64,000 bases of DNA, from the NCBI GenBank assembly GCA_963923955.1, contig OZ000552.1, forward strand, positions 1,542,061 through 1,606,060, given 5' to 3'. Of the stretch, positions 32,210 through 42,535 are shown one piece after another. A model generated the notes under the pieces. That model did no database searches and was not told where the DNA came from. It worked only from the letters and a program-made list of their open reading frames with translations. The position numbers and the translations under genes are program-made. The number at the start of each line of letters is the position of its first letter. Position 1 is the first letter of the stretch. This DNA comes from Gammaproteobacteria bacterium (lineage in GTDB: Bacteria; Pseudomonadota; Gammaproteobacteria; Eutrophobiales; Eutrophobiaceae).

Positions 32210-34321
32210 ATGAACATAACCAGTAATTTCAGGAGTCCCCTGGCGTATAGACTATTTCCCTTACTTCTCCTGCTGTCCCTCGCCGCCGTACAGGCTGAGA
32301 TCCCGACCGTGCCTGTCTCTGCCCTAGTTGCCGATAGCCGGCATGAACAGGAGACGGAATTGGTCTTGGATATCCTCAGCAATCACCACTACCGAAAAAG
32401 GACTTTGGATGATCGTCTGTCCAGCGAGATATTGGATAACTACCTGGAGCGGCTTGACCCGCAGCGCAGCTTCTTCACGCAAGCGGACATCGATGAATTT
32501 GGAGCTTACCGCCATGCACTGGATGAGGCTTTGGAAGCCGCCGACCTGCAAGCCGCTTATGCAATATTCCGGCGCTATCGCCAAGGTATAGAACGGCGGG
32601 TTGAGTATGCAATAGGGCTGCTCGATAAGAAATTCGATTTCAGCATTGACGAAGAATTTGCCTTTGACCGGCGCGAAGCTCCGTGGGCAAAGGACGAGAG
32701 CGAGTTGAACGAACTCTGGCGCAAACGGGTTAAAAATGATTATCTAAATCTCAAGCTGGCGGAAAAAGACGAGGCGGAAATCAAGGACACGCTGATGAAG
32801 CGCTACCGGCGGCTGCGCACCACTACGCAGCAGCTAAACGCCGATGATGTCTTCCAGAGCTTCATCAATGCCTACACCGCCGCCATTGAACCGCACACGA
32901 ATTATTTTTCCCCGCGCACTTCCGAGAACTTTGACATCGGCATGCGCTTGTCGCTGGAGGGGATCGGCGCGGTCTTGCGCGGCAACAGCGATTATACTCA
33001 GGTGCAAAAGGTCGTCCCCGGCGGCCCGGCCGAGCTGGGCGGAGAATTACACCGCGAGGACAAAATCATCGGCGTCGGCCAGGATGAAGACGGACCGATC
33101 GTCGATGTCATCGGCTGGCGCTTGGATGATGTGGTGGATCTGATCCGGGGGCCGAAGGGCAGCGTGGTGCGCCTGGAGATCCTGCCCAAAGGCATCGGCG
33201 CGGAAGGCCCCGGCAAGATTATCGCCATCACGCGGGATAAAATAAAGCTCGAAGAGCAGGCGGCCAAGAGCGAGATCATTGAAGTCGGGCAAAGCGGCCG
33301 CATCGGCGTCATTGATGTGCCCACCTTCTACAGCGACTTCGCCGCCCAAGCGCGCGGCGAGAAGGACTATAAAAGCACCAGCCGCGATGTCCGGAAATTG
33401 CTGGCGGCATTAAAACAGGAAGGCTTGGACGGCATCATTATCGACCTGCGCGGCAACGGCGGCGGCTCGCTGGATGAGGCGCTGGAGTTCACCGGCCTGT
33501 TCATTGAGGCCGGCCCGGTGGTGCAGACCCGGGATGCCCAGGGCAGCATCAAGATCAACCGCGACCCGGACCCCGGCTTGGCCTATGCCGGACCGCTGGC
33601 GGTATTGGTTGATCGCAACAGCGCCTCGGCCGCGGAAATCTTCGCCGGCGCCATCCAGGATTATCGCCGCGGCATCATCATCGGCGAGCCGACCTTCGGC
33701 AAGGGCACGGTGCAAAGCGTCATTGACCTAAACCGCTTCGCCCGCAATTCCGCTGACAAACTGGGACGCCTGAAGACCACGATTGCACAATTCTTCCGCA
33801 TCAGCGGCGGCAGCAATCAACACAAGGGCGTCATCCCCGACATCGTCTTCCCGACCGCCCAATTCATCACCGAGCACGGCGAGCGCTCCTTAGACAATGC
33901 CCTGCCGTGGACGGCGGTCAGGCCGGCGAAGTACATCCCGGCGCGCGCCCCCATCGGGCGTTTTGACCACGCCCGACGCCTGCACCATACCCGCCTTGAG
34001 ACCGACAAATTATTCCCCCTCATTTTGGAAGAGCTGGCGCTTGGCCGACAAGCCAGGGAGAAGAAATCCATCACCCTGCTGGAAGAAAAACGGCAGGTGG
34101 AAAGAGAAAAATTACGGGCCAACAAAAAACGCATTAGCGATGAGTTTCGCTCAGCGCAAGGGCTGCCGCCCCGGCCTGATGAGGAGGATGCTGATACAGC
34201 CAACGATGAAGATCAGCCGCCCGATGATGAAGAAGATCAACTTGATGTGCTGCTGGAAGAAAGCGCCCAGATACTGCTTGACCTGATCACGCCTGAACAA
34301 AAGACAGCCGCCAAGATTTAA
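32210..34321 (+). CDS. prc: carboxy-terminal processing (tail-specific) protease, S41 family
   Basis: 703 aa with PDZ and S41 catalytic domain (IIDLRGNGGGSL...). Confidence 0.85.
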   Translation: MNITSNFRSPLAYRLFPLLLLLSLAAVQAEIPTVPVSALVADSRHEQETELVLDILSNHHYRKRTLDDRLSSEILDNYLERLDPQRSFFTQADIDEFGAYRHALDEALEAADLQAAYAIFRRYRQGIERRVEYAIGLLDKKFDFSIDEEFAFDRREAPWAKDESELNELWRKRVKNDYLNLKLAEKDEAEIKDTLMKRYRRLRTTTQQLNADDVFQSFINAYTAAIEPHTNYFSPRTSENFDIGMRLSLEGIGAVLRGNSDYTQVQKVVPGGPAELGGELHREDKIIGVGQDEDGPIVDVIGWRLDDVVDLIRGPKGSVVRLEILPKGIGAEGPGKIIAITRDKIKLEEQAAKSEIIEVGQSGRIGVIDVPTFYSDFAAQARGEKDYKSTSRDVRKLLAALKQEGLDGIIIDLRGNGGGSLDEALEFTGLFIEAGPVVQTRDAQGSIKINRDPDPGLAYAGPLAVLVDRNSASAAEIFAGAIQDYRRGIIIGEPTFGKGTVQSVIDLNRFARNSADKLGRLKTTIAQFFRISGGSNQHKGVIPDIVFPTAQFITEHGERSLDNALPWTAVRPAKYIPARAPIGRFDHARRLHHTRLETDKLFPLILEELALGRQAREKKSITLLEEKRQVEREKLRANKKRISDEFRSAQGLPPRPDEEDADTANDEDQPPDDEEDQLDVLLEESAQILLDLITPEQKTAAKI

Positions 34322-34326
34322 ATACG

Positions 34327-34360
34327 TTTTTGCCAAAGCCGAGAATGCACTTTGGCAAAA
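34327..34360. terminator. bidirectional hairpin between convergent prc and cupin genes
   Basis: Perfect 10-11 bp inverted repeat ttttgccaaag / ctttggcaaaa with an 11-12 nt loop, placed between the two stop codons. Confidence 0.5.
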
Positions 34361-34369
34361 GACTATTCC

Positions 34370-34771
34370 TTATCGCTCATGCCGGCCAAAGTCATCCGCA
34401 AAGCGGACTATGTCATCCTCGCCTAAATAGCTGCCCAGCTGCACCTCGATGATCTCCAGCGCTTGATCGGTGGCATTTTCCAGCCGATGTTTCATGCCCG
34501 CAGGAATAAAGGTCGATTCGCCTTCTTGTAATTCAAAGACCTTGTCATCCTGAGTGACTGTAGCCGTACTCTGCACCACCACCCAGTGTTCATCGCGTTG
34601 GCGATGAAGCTGCAAGGAAAGCCTCTTGCCGGGATGAACACTAATGCGCTTTACCTGAAAACCACTCCCCATATCCAGGCGCTCATAGCTGCCCCAAGGA
34701 CGTTTGATCTGACGATTGGCCCGGCGCAGCCGCCTGCCTTCCTCCCGCTCATCTTTGTTAAGCCCATCCAC
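34370..34771 (-). CDS. cupin domain protein (mannose-6-phosphate isomerase type II C-terminal domain-like)
   Basis: 133 aa with RPWGSYE...KRISVHPGKRLSLQLHRQRDEHWVVVQSTATV...FIPAGMKHRLEN, matching ManC-type cupin motifs. Confidence 0.75.
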   Translation of the reverse strand: MDGLNKDEREEGRRLRRANRQIKRPWGSYERLDMGSGFQVKRISVHPGKRLSLQLHRQRDEHWVVVQSTATVTQDDKVFELQEGESTFIPAGMKHRLENATDQALEIIEVQLGSYLGEDDIVRFADDFGRHER

Positions 34772-34907
34772 TATCTGTTTTCATATCTCTTCCGGCATCA
34801 TCGGCAAGATGAGGTCGATGTTTTTCTCACATTGCCACAGGCGGCTTCCCGCTCCACTAAGCTACTATGACTGGACACAGACTCATTTGCTTATAGGCTC
34901 TTATTTG

Positions 34908-35849
34908 ATGACGACCGGACTTATCAGCGATAGACGTTTTCTGCAACATCAGCCCGGCCGGGCGCGCCCGGAATCTCCCGCCAGGCTACGCGCAACGCTG
35001 GCGTATCTTGAGGGCCTGCCCTGGATAGATTCCTTGAAAAGACTGCCCGGCAAGGGCATCAGCGCAGACTGGCTGGAGAGGGTTCATAGCCGCGATTATA
35101 TCACAAGGGCTCAGGATGCCTGTCTTAATGGTGAGGAGTTCCTGGATTCGATGGATGTCGGTATTTGCGCGGCCTCCTTTGAGGTTGCCGGGCTCGCCGC
35201 CGGCAGCCTGCTGCGGCTTGCTGATGAGGTGCTCGCTGGCAATATTGACAATGGCTTCATGCTGGCGCGCCCGCCCGGGCATCACGCAGAGAGAAGCCAG
35301 GCCTTGGGCTTTTGTCTCTTTAATCATGTCGCCGTGCTGGCGCGCTATCTGCAAAGGCAACATGCGCTGGATAAGCTGCTCATCCTGGACTGGGACGTGC
35401 ATCACGGCAACGGCACTCAGCATGCCTTTGAAGAAGATCCGTCCGTCTTGTATATCAGCCTCCACCAGTACCCCTTCTACCCCGGCACCGGCGCCTGGTC
35501 AGAGACCGGCAGAGGGCGGGGCCGGGGCGCAACGCTGAACTGTCCCATGCCTGCTGGCAGCACGGATGAGGATTATGAGCAGGCATTCATGGATAAAATC
35601 CTGCCTAAGATAGACCAATTCAGCCCGGAATTTGTGATCATCTCGGCTGGATTCGATGCCCACCGGGCAGACCCTCTGGGCCAGGTCTGCCTGAGTACGG
35701 ATTTTTATGGCTGGATGAGCTTGAGAATGATGGAAATTGCCGAGAAGCATTGTCAGGGGCGCATCGTATCGGCCCTTGAAGGCGGCTATAATCTGCATCT
35801 GCTGCCCTTGTGTGTGGCGGAGCATCTGCGGATTTTAAGCGGAAACTAG
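34908..35849 (+). CDS. histone deacetylase family protein (AcuC/acetylpolyamine amidohydrolase-like)
   Basis: ORF 34716..35849. Start trimmed to MTTGLISDRRF. Motifs RPPGHHAE and DWDVHHGNGTQ. Confidence 0.8.
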   Translation: MTTGLISDRRFLQHQPGRARPESPARLRATLAYLEGLPWIDSLKRLPGKGISADWLERVHSRDYITRAQDACLNGEEFLDSMDVGICAASFEVAGLAAGSLLRLADEVLAGNIDNGFMLARPPGHHAERSQALGFCLFNHVAVLARYLQRQHALDKLLILDWDVHHGNGTQHAFEEDPSVLYISLHQYPFYPGTGAWSETGRGRGRGATLNCPMPAGSTDEDYEQAFMDKILPKIDQFSPEFVIISAGFDAHRADPLGQVCLSTDFYGWMSLRMMEIAEKHCQGRIVSALEGGYNLHLLPLCVAEHLRILSGN

Positions 35850-35899
35850 AGCATGAAAAAACCTGCCTGCCCCAGACGCCACCGCGCCGCTTATCTTAA

Positions 35900-37189
35900 G
35901 TGAATATATTGCTCAAGAGCTTAGGCTGCCGGCTGAATGAGGCTGAACTGGAAAAATGGGCCGGCGATTTTCAGGATGAGGGGCATAGCCTGACCGGAGA
36001 GGCCGCCACGGCGGATCTGATCGTGATAAATACCTGCGCGGTGACTCAAGAGGCCGTGAAAAAATCGCGGCAGCTGATCCGCCGCTCACAGCGGCAGAAC
36101 GCATCAGCAAAACTTGTCGTCAGCGGCTGCTATGCCAGCCTCAACCCGGCGCTGAAAGAGGATATTGGCGGCATCGATCTGCTTGTTTCGAATGCAGATA
36201 AGGACAGACTGCCCGCCATCGTCAAGGAAGAATTACTGCCCGTTGCCATGCCGGCGCTGGCAACGCAGCCCGGGGAGGCCGCCCTGTTCTCGCGTGGACG
36301 AAATCGTGCCTTCATCAAGGTGCAAGATGGCTGTCGCTATCGTTGCAGCTTTTGTATTGTAACCGTCGCGCGCGGGCGGGAACGCAGCCGCCTGAGCGCA
36401 GATATTGTTGATGAAATCAACCGGCTCCATGCGCAAGGCATCCAGGAAGTCATCCTGAGCGGTGTGCACATCGGCGGTTATGGCAGTGACATCGACAGCG
36501 ATCTCCCCTGCCTGATCCGGGCCGTGCTTGAGCGGACGACGATCCCGCGCATCAGGCTCGGCTCGGTAGAACCCTGGGACTTGCAGGAGGATTTTTTCCA
36601 CCTGTTTGACAACCCGCGTTTTATGCCGCACCTGCACCTGCCCTTGCAGAGCGGCAGCGACAGTGTGCTGCGGCGCATGGGCAGACGTTGCAAGACGGCG
36701 GATTTTGCCGCGCTCATCACAACGGCAAGGATGTGCATCCCGAATTTTAATCTAACGACAGACATCATCGTCGGTTTTCCGGGAGAGAGTCGGGCGGAGT
36801 GGGAGGAAGGCTTGCGCTTTATCGAGAGGATTGGTTTTTCCCATCTGCATATCTTTCCCTATTCCCCGCGAGCGGGCACCAAGGCGGCTGCGATGCCGGA
36901 TCAGCTTGCGCCTGAGATAAAACAGGCGCGTTCGCGTGAGCTACACAGGCTTGCCGGCCTGATGAAAAAATCTTTTCTACAGACACAGATCGGCCGCCAT
37001 GCACAGGTCTTGTTTGAGAACCATACCGAAGAGACAAAAGACGGGCTGCTCTATTCCGGCTATACCGAGAATTACCTGCGCACCCGGATCATCCTGCCGG
37101 AAGGCAATGCAATAAATAACACGATACAGCGAGTAAAACTAAGCGGGATCAGCAGCGACGGAGACTCCCTGCTCGCTGAGTTGGATTGA
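35900..37189 (+). CDS. mtaB: MiaB-like radical SAM tRNA methylthiotransferase (likely MtaB)
   Basis: 429 aa with N-terminal MTTase domain (LGCRLNEAE), radical SAM CxxxCxxC (CRYRCSFC) and a C-terminal TRAM-like domain. Confidence 0.7.
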   Translation: MNILLKSLGCRLNEAELEKWAGDFQDEGHSLTGEAATADLIVINTCAVTQEAVKKSRQLIRRSQRQNASAKLVVSGCYASLNPALKEDIGGIDLLVSNADKDRLPAIVKEELLPVAMPALATQPGEAALFSRGRNRAFIKVQDGCRYRCSFCIVTVARGRERSRLSADIVDEINRLHAQGIQEVILSGVHIGGYGSDIDSDLPCLIRAVLERTTIPRIRLGSVEPWDLQEDFFHLFDNPRFMPHLHLPLQSGSDSVLRRMGRRCKTADFAALITTARMCIPNFNLTTDIIVGFPGESRAEWEEGLRFIERIGFSHLHIFPYSPRAGTKAAAMPDQLAPEIKQARSRELHRLAGLMKKSFLQTQIGRHAQVLFENHTEETKDGLLYSGYTENYLRTRIILPEGNAINNTIQRVKLSGISSDGDSLLAELD

Positions 37190-37210
37190 TGATTCTCAAT
37201 CCCCTATTCT

Positions 37211-38572
37211 TCATCTCCGCATTTCAAATAATCCGGCAATCGCAGCAACCTTGCTTAAAGACTCTTTGTATTCCGCCTCAACATCGGAGTCCGCAACAAT
37301 GCCCCCGCCGGCCCAGAAATAGATGCGCTGCCGATGATATACCAAGGTGCGGATCGCGATATTGGTATCCATCTGCCCGTCAAAACCGATATAACCCAGG
37401 GCACCGCAATATACATGGCGCCGACACGGCTCCAGCTCTTCGATGATCTCCATCGCCCGCAGCTTTGGCGCGCCGGTAATCGAGCCGCCCGGAAAACAGC
37501 CGCGCAATAGATCAACGGCGCTCTTGTCTTTTGCCAGATGACCAACAACCGTGCTCACCAGATGATGCACGCTGGCATAGCTTTCCAATGCAAATAACTC
37601 CGGGACACAGACACTGCCGGTTGCGCAGTTTTTGCTGATGTCATTACGCAGCAGGTCAACGATCATCAGGTTCTCGGCCCGGTCTTTCTCGCTTTCCAAT
37701 AATTGCTGTGCCAGCCTTTGATCTTCATGCGGCCGACTTGCTCGATGTATCGTTCCCTTGATCGGTCGCGTCGCCACCTGGCCGCCCGTAACATGGAGAA
37801 AGCGCTCCGGCGATGAACTTAATATCGCCTGCCCGGGCAAGCGCATAAAGGCAGAATATGGCGCTGGATTATTTTTCCTTAGCTGCAAATAGACATCCCA
37901 AGGATCGCCGTCGATGCCGACAGAAAAACCCTGAGCCAGATTGACCTGATAGCAATCCCCTTCATAAATATATTTTTTTATTCTCGCAAAAGCACGAGCA
38001 TACGCCGCCCGGTCCATGTTTGATTGCAGCCTGGAACACACGGAAAAAGATCCCGACTGCGGCTTAAGTTCTGAATGAAATAAATCCAGCAGCGCCCGCC
38101 AATCGGCGAGGGTCTGCGCGCACCTGCCATAGCCGACTAGAGAAGTGCTGCGCTGGTGATGATCAACCACCACTGCCCAGTCATATAAGCCAAGCGCCAT
38201 ATCGGGAATATCCAGTTCCTTTTTAGCCAGCTCAGGCAAGACTTCTATCCGCCGGCTTAAGTCATAGGCAAAATAGCCCAGCGCCCCTCCACAAAAAGGC
38301 AGGCCGCTGAAATTTGCTGTCTTATCGGCCAGGGCATTTTGCACCAGCGCAAAGGGATCCTCTTCACTGACGGTGCTCTTTGCCCCGTCATCTATTCTTG
38401 TTTCCCCGCCGCGGCTAATCAAGGTCTGGTACGGGCGGGCGGCCAGGATGTCATAGCGTCCCTTATCGATATAAGGATAGCCGCTGTCTAAGAAAACAGC
38501 CCAGTCTTCCGCGACAATCAGACTGAATAACTCCGCAGAATTACGATGATAAGCTAACTTGGCGATCTTCAT
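37211..38572 (-). CDS. pabB: aminodeoxychorismate synthase component I (anthranilate synthase component I family)
   Basis: 453-aa chorismate-binding enzyme fold (...GGAVGYFAY-like, PIKGT...). Confidence 0.7.
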   Translation of the reverse strand: MKIAKLAYHRNSAELFSLIVAEDWAVFLDSGYPYIDKGRYDILAARPYQTLISRGGETRIDDGAKSTVSEEDPFALVQNALADKTANFSGLPFCGGALGYFAYDLSRRIEVLPELAKKELDIPDMALGLYDWAVVVDHHQRSTSLVGYGRCAQTLADWRALLDLFHSELKPQSGSFSVCSRLQSNMDRAAYARAFARIKKYIYEGDCYQVNLAQGFSVGIDGDPWDVYLQLRKNNPAPYSAFMRLPGQAILSSSPERFLHVTGGQVATRPIKGTIHRASRPHEDQRLAQQLLESEKDRAENLMIVDLLRNDISKNCATGSVCVPELFALESYASVHHLVSTVVGHLAKDKSAVDLLRGCFPGGSITGAPKLRAMEIIEELEPCRRHVYCGALGYIGFDGQMDTNIAIRTLVYHRQRIYFWAGGGIVADSDVEAEYKESLSKVAAIAGLFEMRR

Positions 38573-38745
38573 TAGCGCGATAAAAGAGAATGATAAAAAA
38601 ACCGGCCAACGGGGCGCGCTGGCGTTTGAATAGAGCCTGATGAGGCGTTCTGTTAATCTTCCCTTAAAAATGGCGCTTTATTTCATCGCCGCCGCCTTGT
38701 GGTTTAATAGCCCGGCAATGCGGGGGCCGGGATGGATTTTTCGGC

Positions 38746-39354
38746 TTAGCAATCCTTGTAGTTGCTGGCCCGGCATTTCCCGGCCCGTCTCTTTGCCTCG
38801 GCGATGTCGGCAGGCCGCATCTTCTCTTCAAGTTCGATTTTGTTTTCTGCGACATACTCGCGGACATCATCCTGGCCGCGTACTGCGGCCATGTCGTACC
38901 ACATACGCGCCTGGACCTTGTCCTGCGCCACACCTCGCCCTTCGGCATACATCATCCCCAGTATGTTTTGCGCCTCGGCAAGGTTCTGCTCAGCCGCCAG
39001 TCGCAACCACTTCACGGCTTCTTTGTCATTGCGCGGTACGCCCTTTTCATTGGCATACGCCACCCCCAGATTGTATTGGGCAAAGGCATCGCCCTGTTCC
39101 GCCGCCCGCCGGTACCACTTCACAGCTTCTTTGTCATCGCGCGCCACGCCTTGCCCACTTCGATACATCCGCCCCACACTGTACTGGGCAACGGCATCAC
39201 CCCGCTCAGCCAAGGGCCGCCATTCACACAGGGCGGTGGCATAGTCGCCTTCAAGATAGGCATCCCGGGCCTTATCCCAATTCGAGACACAGCCGGCATG
39301 AATGGTGAGGCAGATCAGGATGAGGAGAAGACGAAGGTTTTTTGCTCGTGTCAT
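38746..39354 (-). CDS. Sel1-repeat lipoprotein
   Basis: 202 aa with lipobox (LTIHAGC) and four Sel1 repeats (AQYSVGRMYRSGQGVARD, AQYNLGVAYANEKGVPRN ...). Confidence 0.75.
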   Translation of the reverse strand: MTRAKNLRLLLILICLTIHAGCVSNWDKARDAYLEGDYATALCEWRPLAERGDAVAQYSVGRMYRSGQGVARDDKEAVKWYRRAAEQGDAFAQYNLGVAYANEKGVPRNDKEAVKWLRLAAEQNLAEAQNILGMMYAEGRGVAQDKVQARMWYDMAAVRGQDDVREYVAENKIELEEKMRPADIAEAKRRAGKCRASNYKDC

Positions 39355-39440
39355 GGGCGGCTCCGGTGTTTTGCGCCATCATACAAGAAAACCGTTGACC
39401 AGACAAAAACCTGGCGGAGAGGGTGGAGGAGTTCATTACC

Positions 39441-39557
39441 CATCATGCCGTGCTTGACACGGCATCCAGTATCACTGCGAGCCGTTGAGGGCGAGACTTT
39501 GTATGACTGGATTCCCGCCCCCGTTTTCACGGGGACATGCTTGCGCAGGAATGACGT
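39441..39557. repeat. palindromic repeat cluster (C-type catgccgtgcYtgacacggcatc, B-type ccccgttttcacgggga, dRS3-like ATTCC...GGAAT)
   Basis: The same modules recur at 46.2, 48.7, 49.8 and 54.1 kb. Confidence 0.8.
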
Positions 39558-39647
39558 TTTTTTCTGGGAATAGCCTATCCCGTTCCCTGGCGATGCCATG
39601 GACTTGACTGGATATGGGGAGGTGGCAGGCAGGGTTTCCCTCGTCAG

Positions 39648-39875
39648 TTAGAGCAGTCTGATCAGTGTAGCGAGGATTGCGGTCTGGCCCAGCAGTGCTG
39701 CGAACATCCATTTGAGAATCTCGGCCTTGACCTCTGCAAGGTCGCGTTTGGTTGCGAGGTGGCCTTCGAGCAGGCGCGCTTGCTCTTCGGCCAACGCCTC
39801 GGCCTGTGGTTCCGGCATGCCGGCGGCGGTCAGGCGCTTGACGAAATGATGAGTATCAAAAGTGATCGCATTCAT
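39648..39875 (-). CDS. DUF1640 family protein (N-terminal soluble part plus C-terminal TM helix)
   Basis: 75 aa reading MNAITFDTHHFVKRLTAAGMPEPQAEALAEEQARLL...AEVKAEI then a hydrophobic tail. Confidence 0.6.
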   Translation of the reverse strand: MNAITFDTHHFVKRLTAAGMPEPQAEALAEEQARLLEGHLATKRDLAEVKAEILKWMFAALLGQTAILATLIRLL

Positions 39876-39961
39876 GGGGTTGAAATTACACTCTTTTGGC
39901 GACTAAGCCAAGGGGCGGACCGGCAAGCTGCGCAGCGAGAACCATGGCGAAATGCCGAGTC

Positions 39962-40065
39962 TAGATGCCCACGTCAACGGGCGCAAGTAGAGCGCCCCGG
40001 TCATATTCGGCCTCATGATCATACATGAGCTTAGACGGCCAAGCCAACGGGCGCAAGCAGAGGCG
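39962..40065. promoter_or_regulatory. two copies of a ~38-bp imperfect direct repeat upstream of the DUF1640 gene
   Basis: gagtctagatgcccacgtcaacgggcgcaagtagagcgcc and gagcttagacggccaagccaacgggcgcaagcagaggcg, spaced ~70 bp apart. Confidence 0.35.
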
Positions 40066-40148
40066 TAGGCGCCAAGCCCGGGACTTTCTTAGCAGATCAA
40101 GCGGTAGAGAGGCTGCCAGAGGTCGTGTATCTTATTTCACAGCGACTA

Positions 40149-40883
40149 TCAAAGATAGACCTTCCGGGCCGCCGCCAGGTCTGCTTCCGTATTGATCTCC
40201 ATGCCAGTGGGTTGTGTCGCTTCTTCGACATGAATTTTATGGCCATAGTAGATAGCTCGTAACTGTTCAAGGCGCTCGCTCTGCTCCCATTCGCAGGCAG
40301 GCAGGGCGCTGTATTCCCTTAAAAACCCGGCGCGATAGGCATAAAGGCCGATATGTTTATAGCTGTTTATTGCCGCATCGAATGTTTCCTGCCAGGGAAT
40401 GGCGGCGCGGCTAAAGCATGTCGCCCTATTGTCCCGGTCAACGATGACCTTCACGACGTTGGGGTTGGTGAACTCCTGCTCATCAACAAGCCGCTCACAC
40501 AAGGTCGCCATCTGTCTGTCGGGATGCCTTGTTAAGGCCACGGCCACCTGGTCGATGAGGGCGGCGGGCAGGCCCAGCTCATCGCCTTGCACATTCACAA
40601 GCACAGCATCATCAGGCATTGCCATTTGCGCAGCCGCCTCTGCCAGTCTATCCGTGCCGGAGCTGTGCGTCCTAGCGGTCATCACAACATTCTCGGTAAA
40701 GGCGTTTGCGCATGCGGCAATACGTACATCGTCTGTGGCGATGAACACCTGCTGTGCCCGGCTGGCGCAGGCGGCTGCAAACACATGTTGAAGCAAGGGG
40801 CGACCGGCGATTTCACGCAGTGCTTTGCCGGGCAGGCGAGTGGAAGCATAACGCGCAGGGATGATAACAATGAAGGGCTGCAC
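40149..40883 (-). CDS. kdsB: 3-deoxy-manno-octulosonate cytidylyltransferase
   Basis: 244 aa starting MQPFIVIIPARYASTRLPGKAL. Confidence 0.9.
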   Translation of the reverse strand: MQPFIVIIPARYASTRLPGKALREIAGRPLLQHVFAAACASRAQQVFIATDDVRIAACANAFTENVVMTARTHSSGTDRLAEAAAQMAMPDDAVLVNVQGDELGLPAALIDQVAVALTRHPDRQMATLCERLVDEQEFTNPNVVKVIVDRDNRATCFSRAAIPWQETFDAAINSYKHIGLYAYRAGFLREYSALPACEWEQSERLEQLRAIYYGHKIHVEEATQPTGMEINTEADLAAARKVYL

Positions 40884-40885
40884 GC

Positions 40886-41077
40886 TTAGCTTTTATGTGC
40901 CGCTAACTCTTCGTCAGACAAGCTGCGCGCCTCATCTTCCAGCATGACCGGGATCTCGTCCTTAATCGGATAGGCCAGGCGCGCGGCAGTCGATATCAAC
41001 TCCTGGTTTTTCTCATCATAGATCAAGGCGCCTTTTGTCACCGGACACACCAGTATTTCAAGCAATTTTTTATCCAT
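40886..41077 (-). CDS. Trm112 family protein
   Basis: 63 aa with [12 protein letters not shown]...L, the conserved small protein between lpxK and kdsB. Confidence 0.8.
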   Translation of the reverse strand: MDKKLLEILVCPVTKGALIYDEKNQELISTAARLAYPIKDEIPVMLEDEARSLSDEELAAHKS

Positions 41078-42059
41078 CGGCTATTTCCTTTAAGGCTACG
41101 GTTAATTGATGTTCAAAGGCATCGCCAAGAACGGCATCAATCGGCAGATACCAATGATTATCACCGGCAAAGTCCCGACATTTTACCGCATCTTTTTCCG
41201 TCATCACTACCGCGAGATCATCATCAAATACGATGTCCTTTTGCTTATACTGATAATGATCCGGAAATTCATGCCTGATCACTCGCGCGCCCCGGCTGTG
41301 CAAAAAGGAAAAAAACCGCTCAGGATTGCCCAGTCCGGCGATGGCGTGCACCGCCTTTCCTTCTAAGCTGTGCGGCGCCTGCTGCCTCAGGCCGTCCAAT
41401 GAATGCAGGTTGCCGTATTCGTATTCCATCAGGTATTCGCCCGGCGCTGCCCGGCCCTTGCTCACCCGCATGTCGCAGTCTCTCAGGCGGCTTACCGGCT
41501 CACGCAAGGGCCCGGCCGGCAGATAGCGCCGGTTGCCAAAACGGCGCTCGCCGTCAATCACGGCAATCTCCATATCGCGTCCCAGCGCATAGTGTTGCAG
41601 GCCGTCATCACAGATCAGGATATCACATTGATCATCTTCCAAGAGCCGTTGCGCAGCCCGGTAGCGCTCGGCTGCTACGGCCACCGGCAGCGCGGTGCGT
41701 TGTGCAATCAGCAGTGCCTCATCGCCGACCACCGCCGGGTCGCTGTCAGGGTGCACCTGCTGCGGCCTGCTGATCTTCACGCCGCAGGCCCGGCCTACTA
41801 TGCCGGGGCGGTAGCCCTGTCTTTTCAAAAAATTTGCCAGCCATATCACCAGCGGCGTCTTGCCCGTTCCGCCCGCAGTAATATTACCCACAACAATCAC
41901 CGGCGCCGGGACCTCATGCACAGCCAGGATGCCGGATACATAGGCCCGCCTGCGCAAGGCCGCCACCGCCCGATAAGCCTCGGAGAGAGGAATCAGCAGG
42001 CATGATGACAAAGGATGCTCCTCATACCACAGCCGGTTCACAAACTGATGCAGGGACAT
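41070..42059 (-). CDS. lpxK: tetraacyldisaccharide 4'-kinase
   Basis: 329 aa with P-loop [13 protein letters not shown]. Confidence 0.9.
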   Translation of the reverse strand: MSLHQFVNRLWYEEHPLSSCLLIPLSEAYRAVAALRRRAYVSGILAVHEVPAPVIVVGNITAGGTGKTPLVIWLANFLKRQGYRPGIVGRACGVKISRPQQVHPDSDPAVVGDEALLIAQRTALPVAVAAERYRAAQRLLEDDQCDILICDDGLQHYALGRDMEIAVIDGERRFGNRRYLPAGPLREPVSRLRDCDMRVSKGRAAPGEYLMEYEYGNLHSLDGLRQQAPHSLEGKAVHAIAGLGNPERFFSFLHSRGARVIRHEFPDHYQYKQKDIVFDDDLAVVMTEKDAVKCRDFAGDNHWYLPIDAVLGDAFEHQLTVALKEIADG

Positions 42060-42115
42060 GGCGCGGTCACATGCTGTCTGGTCTTTTTTGGTTTTCCCGG
42101 CTTTGTCAAAGCGCC

Positions 42116-42535
42116 CTATTCTTCTTCGATGTTCTGCGTTGCAAAGCTGAGATTCACCAGTCCCAGCTGCCTGGCGGCGTCCATCACCCGCACCACCAGT
42201 TGGTGTGTGGCCTTGGCATCGGCGCTGATGATCAGCGGTGGCTCATCCAGATCATAAACCGCTTCCCGGAGCGCCTCACGAATGGTTTGCACCTGTGTAT
42301 TCACCAGCGGCTGATTGTTCACAAAGACACCACCGCGCGCATCAATCGCAACCTCTACTATCTCAGGCTTTGTCTCGGTATATTCCTCGCTCGCCTCCGG
42401 CAGAGTGATGCTAATCTCCGACTCGTGCTCAAAGGTGGTCGATACCATAAAAAATATCAACAATAAAAAGACAACATCAATGAGGGGCGTCAGGTTCAGC
42501 TCCACCTGATCCTGGCGCTGTGGGCTAAAATTCAT
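42116..42535 (-). CDS. exbD: ExbD/TolR family biopolymer transport protein
   Basis: 139 aa with LNLTPLIDVVFLLLIFFMV. Confidence 0.85.
   Translation of the reverse strand: MNFSPQRQDQVELNLTPLIDVVFLLLIFFMVSTTFEHESEISITLPEASEEYTETKPEIVEVAIDARGGVFVNNQPLVNTQVQTIREALREAVYDLDEPPLIISADAKATHQLVVRVMDAARQLGLVNLSFATQNIEEE

Noticed and set aside
38640-39308. 222-aa plus-strand ORF
   Set aside because: Antisense to the Sel1-repeat lipoprotein gene. Pro/His/Arg-rich product.
41403-42005. 200-aa plus-strand ORF inside lpxK
   Set aside because: Antisense to lpxK.
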